A stretch of DNA of 64,000 nucleotides from Cenococcum geophilum (taxonomy: Eukaryota). The translations under genes were made by a program, and so were the position numbers. The DNA lies in the NCBI GenBank assembly GCA_050273025.1, contig CP158636.1:11532001-11596000 (forward strand). The letters are read 5' to 3'. Shown one piece after another: positions 25,514 to 38,994 of this stretch. The notes below the pieces were generated by a model. It made no database searches and was not told the DNA's origin. It worked only from the letters and a program-made list of their open reading frames with translations. How positions within the stretch are numbered: position 1 is the stretch's first letter; each line of letters begins with the position of its first letter.

Positions 25514-28500
25514 TGTCAATCGGAAGTCCGTGCACCGATTATAAGAAAAGAAGAACTAGTGTGTTGATTGATCTATGAAGAAAAAGAGGCTATATATACA
25601 TAAGGTAGATGCAGGTATAGGGGGGGGGTACGTAATAGGGAGTTGGTGACTGAGTCGGTGACCGAGTCAAGGAGTAGGTAACTGAGTCGGCGGCATGACA
25701 CCCGACTTAGGTCGACACACCCTCCTAGCTTAGCAGCAGTGCTGCTTAAGCTGATAATTAAAATTAAATCCAAATCTAAATCTTAGATAGGATATTGTTG
25801 GTAAGGCTATATATAGGCCAACTTTGTTAATAGGGCCGTAGTTCGGCAGCTACGTTGTTAGTTTTTATCCGGTTAATACTAGCCGTATTAGTATTTAGAT
25901 CCTTTTATACTGTCTAGCAATCGTCTATCTATGCCTAGATCCTCCTATATACTCTAGTAATTGTCTATCTATACCTAGATTCTCCTATACTATCTAACTA
26001 TTGTCTATCTAATATTTAGCTACGCTATAGTAGTATAGTCGTTATCTTGTCCGTAGCAGTAAGATACTAGCTTTAGAGTAAAGCGGCAATATGCTAGCTC
26101 TAGGGTAACGTAGTAGTAAGGTGCTAGCTCTAAGGTAATACGGCAATGCGCCGGCTTTAGGGTGATATAGTAATATACTAACTTTAAGGTAATACGGCAG
26201 TAAGGTGCTAGCTTTAGTAGAATAGCAGTATAATACTAGTGACTAGTTAGTATCCGTAGGTAAATTAGCATAAAGTTTTATTGGTCCTTAGTAGTATAGT
26301 ACTAGCGTCTAGTCCTATTTAATACTAGGTCGCTACCCTATAAGCTTAAACTTTTAAGCGGCTTTATTTCTAACTTTTGCCTTATATCTAACACCTAGCA
26401 CCTACTTTATATCTAGCTTTATTGCCTTATATCTAGCTTCTAGTACCTACCTTATATCTAGCTGTTTTATCTCTAGCGCGCTCTACTAGCTATAGCACTA
26501 TAGGTATTATTGGTTGTAATATTAGTAGAAGGATATTATTTAATGTAAAGGTAATTATAAGTACGTTAATAGCTAAAGTACCTAGATATAAGCCTGTAGG
26601 AATAGCTAATTAAAAGAATAATTAGCGTATAGGAAATAACCCTAGGCTTATAACTGTTAATTAGAAGTCCGTATACCAATTATAAAAAAAGAAGAACTTG
26701 TGTGTTAATTAATCTATAAAGAAAAAGAGGCTATATATATATAAGGTAGATATAGGTATAGGGGGGGATACGTAATAGGGAGTTGGTAACTAAGTTAGTG
26801 ACTAAGTCAAGGAGTAGGTAACTAAGTCGGCGGTATAATACCTAACTTAGGTCAATATACCCTTCTAGCTTAGTAGTAATACTACTTAAGCTAATAATTA
26901 AAATTAACTCTAAATCTAAATCTTAGATAGGATATTGTTGGTAAGGCTATATATAGGCCAACTTTATTAATAAGGCCGTAGGTTAGCAGCTACGTTATTA
27001 GTCTTTATTTAGTTAATGCTAGCTATACTAGTGTTTAGACCCTTATATATAGTTTAGCAATCGTCTATCTATACCTAGATCCTCCTATACACTCTAGCAA
27101 TTATCTATTTATACTTAAATTCTCTTATACTATTTAATAATTATCCATCTAATATCTAGCTATACTATAGTAGCTTAGTTATTATTTTATCCTTAGTAGT
27201 ATAGTACTAGCGTTAATATAATATAGTAATAAGGTGCTAGCTCTAGGGTAAAAGTGGTAACGTATTAGCTTTAGGGTAAAAGCGGTAATATGCTAGCTCT
27301 AGGGTAAAGTGGTAATACGCTAGCTTTATAATAACGTAGTAGTAAAGTGCTAGCTCTGAGGTAGAATAGTAATATAATATTAGTAACTAGTTAGTATCTA
27401 TAGGTAAATTAGCGTAGAGTTTTATTAGTCCTTAGTAGTATAGTGCTAGCGTCTAGTCCTATTTAATACTAGGTCGCTACCCCATAAGCTTAAACTCTTA
27501 AGTAGCTTTATCTCTAACCCTTACCTTATATTTAGTACCTGGTACCTACCTTATATCTAGCTCTGCTGCCTTATATCTAGCTTTTAGTACCTACCTTATA
27601 TCTAGCTATTTTATCTCTAGCGCGCTTTACTAGCTATAGCACTATAGGCATTATTAGTTATAATATTAGTAGAAGGACATTGCTTAATATAAAGGTAATT
27701 ATAAGTACGTTAATAACGGAAGTACCTTGTTTATACTAACTTAATAGCACGAGTGAGTTGTATCCCGGGGCACGAAATACATATAGTATTGTATGCTCTT
27801 TGGGATAGTGGTGACTGTCGATTGTATAAAGCAGACTACGTGGTCTATATACTAATGCACCTCCCCCCTAATTAGTTAGTGCTTCATAAGTGCACCAGAC
27901 GCGTAAGTGAGTAGTTGGTGCACTAAACGCGTAAACGCGTACCTGGTGTACCGAACGCGTAAGCACGCGTTTGGTATAACAGGCGCTGTAATTATACACT
28001 GGCAGTACTTGAAAAATAAAACTACCTATATACAGCCTCCGTAATTGCTTTAATAAAACCATAGAATATAAAGGAAAATACATAGGAAATCTCCCCCGAG
28101 GTGCTATCTAGGCTGCCTTCTAAACGGTACCTTAAGCTGGCCGTAAGTCCTGCTTACGGTCCGTAAAATAAACCGTACGGCCTTTCAACGGGCAGTAAGT
28201 TAGATTTTAAGGGCCGCTAAGGCACTAGTGCTAAGCGAGCCAATGGCGATTTTCCATCCTGGGGATGGAAAATTATAATTGGTTAATTTAACCACCCTAT
28301 AAAATTCGGCAGGTTACGTAAGTCCACTAAGTTCCACTGTAGCTTTCTACCGTTTTCCACCTATACTATATAACGAGTCGTACGGCCTTCCAACGGGCCG
28401 TAGACATACCGTAGGTGCTCTGTTAGTCCCGTTCTACCCATTCTATGACTTTTAGGTTGAGCTTATTTGTATTAATTAGGGTTTTAAGGGCTTAACACGG

Positions 28501-31500
28501 CTTTGCCTTAGTTATGGCGTCCGCTAGGTTATCTCCGCTGCTAATCTATTTAACCTCTATAATCTTACGTTGTTTATAGGCCTAATGTAAGCACATTAGG
28601 TCAACTATAAGCCTCTTCTCTTATATCATACCTAGTTTAACTAGGCAGTTATAAAGGGACTTTAAATTGGTGCATAAAACTAGGGGTAACTACTCCAGTT
28701 ATAGAATCTTCTGGACCGTTAATTTGATTGCAGCTGCTATATTAAATTTATAAGCTAGTGTATATAGTTTAGAAGCTAGTACACTACGGGTTACTTATTT
28801 GTACTTAATTAAAGACTAGTATAGTATATTTGCGTCCTAATTATGGTCCGTAAGTATAATTATAAAGCCAATTTATAATAATAGGTCTTTGTTATTGGCA
28901 AAGGAGGCGTCCGTAAATGCTAGTAGGCTAAGGGAATTTAGGTCTAGTGGTACAAAAGTAAGTCCCCTTGCTGTATTATTAATTTGCTACTAAATACGCT
29001 TATTAAGCTGCTTAATATTTTCTTCTTGCGGATTTACTGCCTGGGCCGTAAAGGACAAGTTATAGGCAGATTTGGGTTGGCAGACTGTGGCAATATAGGC
29101 GCCTCTTACACGCTATACAGCGTATTAGTCCTTTATATTTACGGTCTTATAGGTCTCTCCGCGGGAACTAGTAAGGTCCGTAGGCTTTACTGTAATAAGC
29201 TTTAGGTTTTAAGCTTGGCGTTCCTAAGTTAGCTTAATTAGGTTGCCCTTTTGTGTAATTAGGCCTCTATTAAACTTAATTGGATTCTGCTTAGTTAACT
29301 GCTCTTATAGCTTTGCTAAGAACTTAGCCTTTTATAGTTTAGTTTCTTTAGCGTCCGTAAAGGTCTAGTCTGCTAGGAATAGGGTATCGTTTGTTTGAAG
29401 TCTAATAATACTAAGGCCGTTCGATAGGCTGTATAGGAGGTAGGGGTTATAGGTTAACTGTTCCATTTTAAGCTTACTAATATAATGCTGGTAGTATGTC
29501 TTAAACTAGTGGTTCCTAGCTTCTGGTACTCCGTAAAGAGGTTTTACAACCCGTAAAATTGTTCTTAGTTATAGGTTAAGCTCACAGGGTAGTCGTATAA
29601 AGATGTCCCTACTTAGGTAGGTATTGGACTGTATATAGGCTTGCGAGATATCCCATAAGTATAGGGCTACGGGTTTAGTTTGCTGTAGTCCCGGCGCAAG
29701 TATAAGTATAATTCGTTAGCTAACTCGTTAAATTATAGGCAATTACGTAAGGACTAAGTCCTTTCCCTTATTGTTATAAGCTTGTATAATAAGCCTTAAT
29801 TTCTTAAAGGCTTTATTAGTACTAGGGTGCTTAATCTCGTTAATAAAGCGTAAGTTAAATATACGGACGCCTTACGGGATGTCTTTCTCTATTATAACCG
29901 CAAAGATACCCTTTTTAAGTAGTCCATTAATCTCTTTACGTTATAAGTCCGTAAACGGGGTTTCCTATACTAGAACTAATATATCCGCAGGCGGAGATTG
30001 CCTTGCGGATATTCCTGCGGAGGTTAGGTAATTTTCTATTACGGTGTTCTTAGTTATGGGGTGCTTTTAGGGGCGTCCTCGACTACACTTTATAGTAGGT
30101 TTAGTAGGTTTAGTAGGTTTCTAGGGGACTTCTAGGGTAGGTAAGGGTGCTTCTAGTTCGTTTAATTTGGTGGGTGCTTCCGGTTTATCTAGTTTAATAG
30201 GTACTTCTAGTTTGTCTGGTTCGACGTTATGGGTGTTTTTAGGCCGAAAGTAGGGTTTTACGGACGTGCTTCTGAAGCTAGTTAGCCTACTAAAAAGCTA
30301 TATACAGCACGTCTCGTTTTCTACAGCTAGTAGATAATAAGGTCTATTCCAACTGCCGCTTTTACGCTATATAAGGACTTTAGAGTTAAGCGGGAAGTCG
30401 TATACTAGGGTCGTGTTAGGTCCGTTACAGTAGTATAGGGCGTTATTAATAGCTTGCTTGGCCCATAGCTTGACTATTTCAGTTATTACCTTCTATATTA
30501 TAGCTGCTTATTCCGTAATAGACGGGGTAGGAGGGCCTAGGTTGCTTATCCTTAGGTAGGCTCTATAAACTAAGAGGGTAGGTACTAGTCCGTTAGGGCC
30601 AGCGGTGTTATTAATAGCTTTTACGGCCATCTATAAAGCCAGTTCCTTTTAGATATCCTTATACTCATCTATAATAATCTAGTAAGCTCTCTATAAGGCT
30701 AGGTAAGCTCGCTTAATAAGCCCAACGGACTAATACGCCTTAATTAGAACAGCTTTTATTAATATAGCCATAGCTATAGCATACTGCTAGAATTCCTTGC
30801 TAATAAAGTTCTTACTAGCGTTATAGGTGATATACTGCGGAGGTCCAACGTATATATCGATCTAGTAGGTCCGTAAAATATCCTAAGTATATTTTATAGA
30901 TATATTTTACAACTAACGGGCGGCTTAATAGCGGGTTACCTCGTCGATTATATATAATACTGGACTGCCGTTAATATATATAATGTTTACGTATACTAAG
31001 TGGTTAAAGTTAAGGTCCTTATAAAGGGTGAACTTAAATCTACCTAGGGAACGTCTGTATTTCTGGCAGAAGGAGCAGTATTTAGTTAGGTAGTTAATTG
31101 TCTTCCTATTAACGTTATTATGTCTAGAGCGTTTAAGGACTCTATATAGCTTTTCGGCTAACAGGTGGCCGAAACAGCAGTGTAGGCGGTAGATCTCTGT
31201 ACTAGTAAGGTAGCACGGGTTATAGTTAAAAGATTCCTAAATGTAGGTCTATAAAGTCTCTCCCTATATAAGGAACGGGTGTCTAAATTGTTATGTAATT
31301 AGTAGGGTAATATACTTGCTTCTTAGGGCAGTTACGGGGCTAATTAGGGTGTCTGTAATATTATTATAGTATACCTATAACCTGTCTATGTCTATAAGAT
31401 AAAGTAGGAAGAGGGTGTCCGCTTTTACTACGTGAAAGTTAACTAGGCTAATTAGAGTCTTAACTTTAACTAATCTAATTAATGTAGTTAAGCCAATGCC

Positions 31501-34500
31501 GAATTAGACGTTTACGGCCCCAGTTTGCGTAATATTAATATCCATATTGTCATTTATGGTGGTCCTATATACGAGGTATTATCCGTAGCCTGTGGTAGAC
31601 TTCTTAGAGGTACCTGTGTCGATTATAACACCGTAGAATTCCTTAGGGGTATAGCGTTCTGTGGTGATATATGCAAATGGGTCCTGCTTATAATCTATAA
31701 CATCCATAACAGGGGTACTTACGGAATGGTTTTTGGGCGCAACTAAGTGTATAAAGGAACGGTTGGCTAATACGGTTGTAATATTAAAGGCTTAGCTATC
31801 CGTAAAAGGTCTAAAAGTAGTTAGGAATATCTCTAAGGTCTCTTATTCCTAAATATCTAAGTTAAAGTTAATTATAAGGGCTTCTATTGACTTATTAGGG
31901 GGCTCTTCTACTTCCTCTCCTTTGTATTCTAAAATAAACTGGTTAATATGGCTATTAAGTCTCTTCCTAGACTTGTTACGTTCTTTTTAGGTATACCTTA
32001 TAAACTAATATCCTTCCTTACCGTACACGAAGCACTTCTGGCTAGTTTGTCTGCGGGGGTATATTTTTATACGGGGGTTGCTACAGGGGTTACGGGTAGG
32101 ACTTAGTTAGTACGGGTGCTGCTAGCGGTAGCGGCGGTCCGTAAAGTAGACGTCTAAGTCTGTTTATAGATATTAAATATCCGCAATAAAGGCTTAAGTG
32201 CTGCCTAGTGGGTTTAAGACTTTATACGTTATAATAGAGGAGCGTAGGTCATTAATAAGGCCAGCTAAGGTATCTATAGGCTTGTAGTAGGCGTACTTAT
32301 AGGGCTCTACTTCCTAGCAGGCTATAATAAGTTTATTGTATAGAAAGTCGTCTATTCAAAGCTTGGTGTTAAGGCCGTGCTATAGGTGCCGAAGGTCTTT
32401 AATAAGAATTTGTAGGCACTCTATAGTCGATTTTTTAGTATTCTTATTAATTACGGTCCATAGCTTAATTATATTCTATTAGGTAAAAATATTACGCTTA
32501 TATTCCAGTCTTTTAAAGTAGTTGCGCGTAGCTTTATATAGCTTATTAAAGGGAATACCAAGGGGGTTGCTTTTAAGGTTAGTGTAATAATAATTAAGTA
32601 CTAGGCCGCGCAGCATAGTGGAGTAGGCTTGGCTGAATTCCTATTTGGGAATATCAGCCTTCCGACAGAGGTCCGTAAAGATAGTAAGTTTAAAGTCAAA
32701 GTTATCGTTTTTACCGCTGTACTTAGATTCGTCGGTATAGAGCTTAGCCAGGTTAGCTAGCTCCTTACCGTAGGTCTTTACTTAGGTAGGTTGCGGATCT
32801 ATAACTTGCGGATCTATAGCTTGCGGATATATAGCTTATAGATCTATGACTTAAATAACGGGGGTAATTTGGTCCGTATTTTAGGTTACGGGGGTATTGT
32901 AGTCCGTAACTTAAGTATTGGGTATACTTTAGCCAGTAAGATTAATTCTAATGCCACTTAGGTTTATAGAATGAATTTAGTTAAATAGGTTAGCTATAAG
33001 GCCAGAGATTCTATTAAGTTTAAAGGAGGTAAAGAGGTTACTGGTTTTAATATAATCTAAGATCTGCTCTTTAGTCTATTCTATTTGGTCCTCTTTATAT
33101 AGTATATCGTATAGAGACCGTACAACAGTGACTTGTCTGTCCCTTTTAACCCATATGCCTTGGTGACGTAAAAGGGTTTATAGGTTATAGATAGTAGTAG
33201 GGTTGCAAGCCTTAAAAATAGCTTCTGTAAAGTCCGCAAAGTCTTCCTTATATTGCTCCTATAGGTCGTTATTTATAAGCTTAAAGTATTTATATTTAAG
33301 GATTTTAAAGCTAATATAGTTGTTAACGTCGTTTATAGACGTAACGTTGACGCCTTATCTTTACTTCTTTTAACCTTCGCTAACTTGCTTGCTAATATCT
33401 GCCATACTATAGTATAGTGTGGTATGTAGCGGGTAGTAGCAGCTTATAACGGGTGGGGGAGGTCTTATAATAGTCCGTAAAATTAATTAACGGGTCCGTA
33501 ATAGTTTATAGGAGGATAGGGGGTTTCCATAAAAGGTCTGAAGAGGTTTAAGGTTTAAGGGGGTTAAGGATAGGGGTTCTATATAGGTCTGTATTCGCGT
33601 TTATATCTTCTAGTAAACCGTACTAAGACTTAAATAAGTATATAGAGTTGGAGATAAGTCCGTAATCCCCGACTTCCGACCTTCCAGTAGGTTGTACTAG
33701 GAGTCTAAACAGGTGGTTGCTGTCGAGTATCGCTCGGGGGGAGGTATCGAGTGATTGCTAATCTATGCGCGCTTACTGATCAGTGTTCATACTAACTTAA
33801 TAGCACGAGTAAGTTGTATCCTGGGGCACGAAATACATATAGTATTGTATGCTCTTTGGGATAGTGGTGACTGTTAATTATATGAAGCAGACTACGTGGT
33901 CTATATACTGATGCACCTCCCCCCTGATTAGTTAGTGCTTTATAAGTGCACCAGACGCGTAAGCGAGTGGTTGGTGCACTGAACGCGTAAACGCGTACCT
34001 GGTGTACCGAACGCATAAGCACGCGTTTGGTACAACAGGCGCTGTAATTATACAACCTAAATATAAGCCTGTAGGAATAGCTAATTAAAAAAATAATCGG
34101 CGTATAGGAAACAACCCTAGGCTTATAACTATTAATTAGAAGTCCGTGCACCAATTATAAGAAAAGAAGAACTTATATAAAGATTAATCTATAAAGAAAA
34201 AAGAGGCTATATATATATAAGGTAGATATAGGTATAGGGGGGGGTATATAATAGGGAGTTGGTGACTAAGTTAGTAACTAAGTTAAAAAGTAGGTAACTA
34301 AGTCGGCGGTATAATACCCGACTTAGGTTAATATACCCTCCTAGCTTAGTAGTAGTGCTGCTTAAGCTAATAATTAAAATTAAATCTAAATCTAAATCTT
34401 AGATAGGATATTGTTAGTAAGGCTATATATAGGCCAACTTTGTTAATAGGGCTGTAGTTTAGCAGTTATGTTATTAGTCTTTATTTAGTTAATACTAGCC

Positions 34501-35476
34501 ATATTAGTATTTAGATCCTTTTATACTATCTAGCAATTATCTATTTATACCTAGATTCTCCTATATACTTTAGTAATCATCTATCTATACCTAGATTCTC
34601 TTATACTATTTAACTATTATCTATTTAATATCTAGCTACGCTATAGTAGTATAGTTATTATTTTGTCTATAGTAGTAAAGTACTAGCTTTAGAGTAAAGC
34701 GGTAATATACTAGCTTTAGGGTAACGTAGTAATAAGGTGCTAGCTTTAAGGTAATACGGCAATATACTGGCTTTAGGGTAATGCGGTAATGCGGTAACTT
34801 TAAGGTAATATAGTAGTAAGGTACTAGCTCTAGTAAAATAGCAGTATAATACTAGCGACTAGTTAGTATCCGTAGGCAAATCGGTATAGAGTTTTATTGG
34901 TCCTTAGTAGTATGGTACTAGCGTTTAGTCCTATCTAATACTAGGTCGCTACCCTATAAGCTTAAACTCTTAAGTGGCTTCGTCTCTAACTCTTGCCTTA
35001 TATCTAGCACCTAGTACCTACCTTGTGTCTAGCTCTGCTGCCTTATATCTAGCTCCTAGCACCTGCCTTATATCTAGCTATCTTATCTCTAACGCGCTCT
35101 ACTAGCTATAGTATTATAGGCATTGTTGGTTATAATATTGGTGGAAGGACGTCGTTTAATATAAAGGTAATTACGAGTATGTTAATGGCTGAAGTATCTA
35201 GACACGAGCCTGTAGGAACAGCTGATTAAAAGAATAATTGGCGTATAGGAAACAACCCCAGGCTTATAACTGTTAATTGGAAGTCCGTGCACCGATTATA
35301 AGAAAAGAAGAACTCGTGTGTTGATTGATCTATGAAGAAAAAGAGGCTATATATACATAAGGTAGATGCAGGTACAGGGGGGGGGGGTACGTAATAGGGA
35401 GTCGGTGACTGAGTCGGTGACCGAGTCAAGGAGTAGGTAACTGAGTCGGCGGCATGACACCCGACTCAGGTCGACA
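25514..35476 (-). mobile_element. Tandem array of a non-autonomous LTR element (TRIM-like; 4 LTRs, 3 internal regions, unit ~1141 bp), RIP-mutated
   Basis: LTRs at 25514-25717, 26655-26857, 34130-34333, 35271-35476; single outer TSD CGTAT; minus-strand PBS-like GTTATAAGCC and PPT-like AGGAGGGTG. Confidence 0.9.
27728..34054 (-). mobile_element. Full-length RIP-inactivated Copia LTR retrotransposon, GalEa-like
   Basis: 271-bp LTRs at 27728-27998 and 33784-34054; TSD ACCT; decayed minus-strand gag knuckle (KCFV.GKEG), protease (IIDTG), integrase (LH..FGH), RT (DISQAY, KPLYGVPEA.NH, LQT.DTL) and RNase H (FTDASFANNKD) in Copia order. Confidence 0.9.
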
Positions 35477-36345
35477 CGTATTCTCCCTACCCAAGCCGGC
35501 GGTCCGACTCACCTCTGAGAGCAATCTCTTATGGTGTTGGTCGTGGGGATAACGAGACCTGATCGAAGGATTTGACGCATCTGCTCGGCCCCAACAATCT
35601 CCATTTGTGGTTTTGGAGACGGCATGGTGCACCGCTCGGCTTCGCCAGCTAGGCATAACAACATGTATGCTATCCCAAATATTCTGAGCCTATGACAGCA
35701 CCTGTCTGAAAGCTTTGACGTCTTTATATTGGCTACGGAGCTTTTATTGGATCACATTAACTGGCTGTAGCCAAAAGCTGGTGCCGCAGAACGGTGTTAG
35801 ATTAATGCGCTTCAAAGAGTAAAAGTTTCTCCAGGCTAGACAAGTAACCGCGTGTACAACTGAGTTCCATGACTAAAGCAGCACAGTCTCCTTGGGTACC
35901 GTTAAGATCAAGGAGTTACTCCACAACAATTTGAGAAAATTGAAGAACAATAATAATGCTGACGGTGGTGGACAGATTATCAGCCATCTTGAAAGGCGAG
36001 GACGATACTCACCGGCCGCATCCTTGAACCAGGCCTGCGAGGTATGTGTACGAACTCTGATGCATTCGATACCGAAGACTCATAACATATACATCTATCC
36101 CTAACACTTGTAGAAAATTTCCCAAAGATATTCCATACAGATACCTAAACGGATGTTGACCTAGTTCATATACGTTAGAAAGTTTTGAGGGGTTTATCCT
36201 GACAGGTTAGTGTGCTAAAGTTAGAGTCAATATACTAAGCATTCGCTTTGGCGGTTCCAAAAAGCAAATTTTAGACAATTCAAGATCAAAGCACCTTCCA
36301 CACTTCCCACTCAGTAGGAGTGATTCTCAATTTCTCGAGAATTAC

Positions 36346-36421
36346 TGTCGACCGGAATTTAAGGCTATATATTGGCGATGCTAAAAGGACTGGTCTTTTT
36401 GGTGCCAGTTAGCGGTCAACA
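36346..36421. mobile_element. Micro solo-LTR-like element (76 bp)
   Basis: TGTCGAC...GTCAACA, flanks ATTAC/ATCAC; reverse complement aligns with 25382-25466. Confidence 0.65.
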
Positions 36422-37023
36422 ATCACAAACATCTAGAAAGTTTATTGAACTTAGTGGCAACTGGAGCCAATTAGCCAGGGAGGGCGTACTAGAACTTGTT
36501 CAGGCCCGCTTTAGGCTTGGGTTGGGTTCAAGCGGCTGCTAATCAGGGATGTTGAAATAATTTTTGTTTGTCTTATCGATATAGATGCAGCGAGATTTCC
36601 TTATCTGTGATTCGGAAGCACCCGGGTGAGGCTTGTGAGTTCGGTCTCGCCGCAGCCAGCAAATCTAAATTGCCATCCATAATAGAAACCTTTTTTATTA
36701 TTATCTGTATTCTAAAGTGAGGTCTCCGCTATTATATTTTATGACTTTTCTTAATTAATTTTGGTTGTGTTTAATCGGCAATTTATGCCCTGCTGCCTTA
36801 ACCAAATTCGCAAACCTGAAGATTTTGTTAGTAAGAGAGCACGTGATTCGGACTCCTATGTGCTCCAAATTTGTTTGATAACCGTCTTTCCAAATAACTT
36901 ACATTCTTAATCAATGTTTTAATCACAAATTATACATAATTTTAGGCAGCTAACTAATGGCACTAACCGCCATTCCACCATATATACTGCTCAAAACAGT
37001 AGCTCAATTGGCCTATACCCCTT

Positions 37024-37769
37024 CTACTTCTGATTCACATGCTCATCGTCCAATCCAGGCACCGCCTCGCTCACCACACCCTTAACCTCCACATACGGCT
37101 CCCTAACAGTCCAAATAAGATCGAAGCGATCGTCCGGATACTTGACCTTGCCGGTCAAACCTGTCTTCTCTGCGTACTTCTCAACGCCTATAGCTGCTGC
37201 GATGGCAGCCAGCTGGCCGTGCTCCCAGCAAACCAGAACGTTACCGGGACCGGTGTAGGCTTTTGCGGCTTGCGCCACGCCAACGGCGTCGTCACGGTTA
37301 ATAGTGGTATCGACAGTTAGGCCGAGGTCGCTAGCTAAGGGAGCGACGGTCTCGAAGGGACGCGCGCGGGAGCCGTCTGTTTTCAGATGAGATGGTTAGC
37401 TTTGGGGAGTCTACACAAGCAGAGTTGCACGGATGAGAAAGCAACAACGAGATAGGAACCGTGATGAGACTCCGGTTTTATTGTAAGCCAGCACGTATGA
37501 GGGTGCTAGGTATCAATAGGGAGGACAAACCTTTCTTGGGGTGTTCCGCGAGAACATAGCCAATGTTGTATTGGCTGCTTGCTCCGAAGACTTGACGGAG
37601 GCCTTGAGCACGATTTATGCCTTGGACGGAGAGTCCGTTAACGTCATCACCGTTGGCATCCTTCGGTGGTTTCTCGCCATGGCGAATCATGTAGATTATT
37701 GGGGATGACTGGTCTGATTAGACGTGACGGTAACCTCCAGTAGAAGGGGAAGCAGAGATATGATACCAT
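37024..37769 (-). CDS. Histidine phosphatase / phosphoglycerate mutase-family protein (exons 37769-37767, 37708-37531, 37376-37024)
   Basis: IYMIRHGEKP catalytic motif, RPFETV, VLVCWEHG, YPDDRFDLIW; two GT-AG introns. Confidence 0.85.
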
Positions 37770-38057
37770 GGTAGGCACTATGTCAGTACTAAGAACTACA
37801 GTTGAAAGGAGTTGACCGCAAAGAATATTGCTTTTTTTTAGACAATGTCCGTGCAACGGGGATATATTTGTACAGACACATAGTCTTGACGGCTGAGTGC
37901 TTTGTCTCATTAAACACTCTTGAAAGCGGCTGAGCAGCGCATTCATGACAGCTGATGGGTAAGCTCGGCTAAATCTCTTTAGGCAAGCGGTCGCGTGCCA
38001 TGTCTGAGATCAGCCAGCTGTGTGCAAGTTTTCAAAAAGACGCGGGGTAATTATATA

Positions 38058-38747
38058 GGTCGCCACTAATCGCACACCCCCTAAATGATATTCGTACACC
38101 CCCTACCTTATTTAGTTTAGACACTTCCTCACTAAGTTTAGACGCTTCCTCACTAAGTTAGATCATCACGTGCGTTTAACTTATTTACGCCTATATCGCG
38201 AAAATCAAAGTACGAGCCCATAGTATAGCTAGTATTTCGCTTAAATGCTAAGGACTTTCTATAAGTTAACGCGATTGGCAGTTATAGAGCTAGCTATAGA
38301 GTTAATTAGCCAACTATTACGACGCTCTATAATTATAGGCTCTTAAATGTAAAGTAGAGGTGTTAATTTAGGTCCCACCGGGCGTAGGCGCGGGCGTAGG
38401 CGCGAAGCAGAGGTGGTAGTACCTAAATTAGTTTATGCGACGCCTTACAAAGCACTACGCAATCTAATTAATTAACTTAGGCGTGATCCAAATTTAGACT
38501 CTACTACTTATACTATAACTAAAATTAAGACTTAATCGTGATGTTGCTGTTATAAAACTTACATGGCGCGCACTTTAATTTTCGCGATATAAGCGCAAAT
38601 AAGTTAAACACACGTGATAATCTAACTTAGTGAGGAAGCGTCTAAACTTAGTAAGGAAGTGTCTAAACTAAATAAGGTAGGGGGTGTACGAATATCAATT
38701 GGGGGGTGTACGAATATCATTTAGGGGGTGTGCGATTAGTGGCGACC
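38058..38747. mobile_element. Foldback/Mutator-like non-autonomous element, copy 1 (RIP-affected)
   Basis: Long TIRs (~160-180 bp) starting GGTCGCCACT; 8-bp TSD ATTATATA; internally homologous to 47465-48188 in opposite orientation. Confidence 0.85.
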
Positions 38748-38994
38748 ATTATATAAGACTCAGAGCTGAATTAGTAGTCTTCTGCTTTTGAACTGTTCGC
38801 CTTCGAATTCCTATTCTAGGAATAGGATACTTTGCGTAGGATTGGCAAGGAACACTGGGGTAGGTCATATGGTAGGATAAAGCTGTCTTTACACTCGCAG
38901 TCCCTCGGACTTTATTTCAGCGCCGATCCAAAGCCGTATGAAGCCGTTACTCTCACAGATACGAATACCGAACGCTGAAGGATGGGAGCAGGCT

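Noticed and set aside
25900..26480. Short quasi-periodic repeats resembling a CRISPR array
   Set aside because: Eukaryotic TRIM internal tandem subrepeats with no unique spacers and no cas genes
35480..36110. Possible decayed gene next to the TRIM array
   Set aside because: Only short coding-like patches, no assignable family
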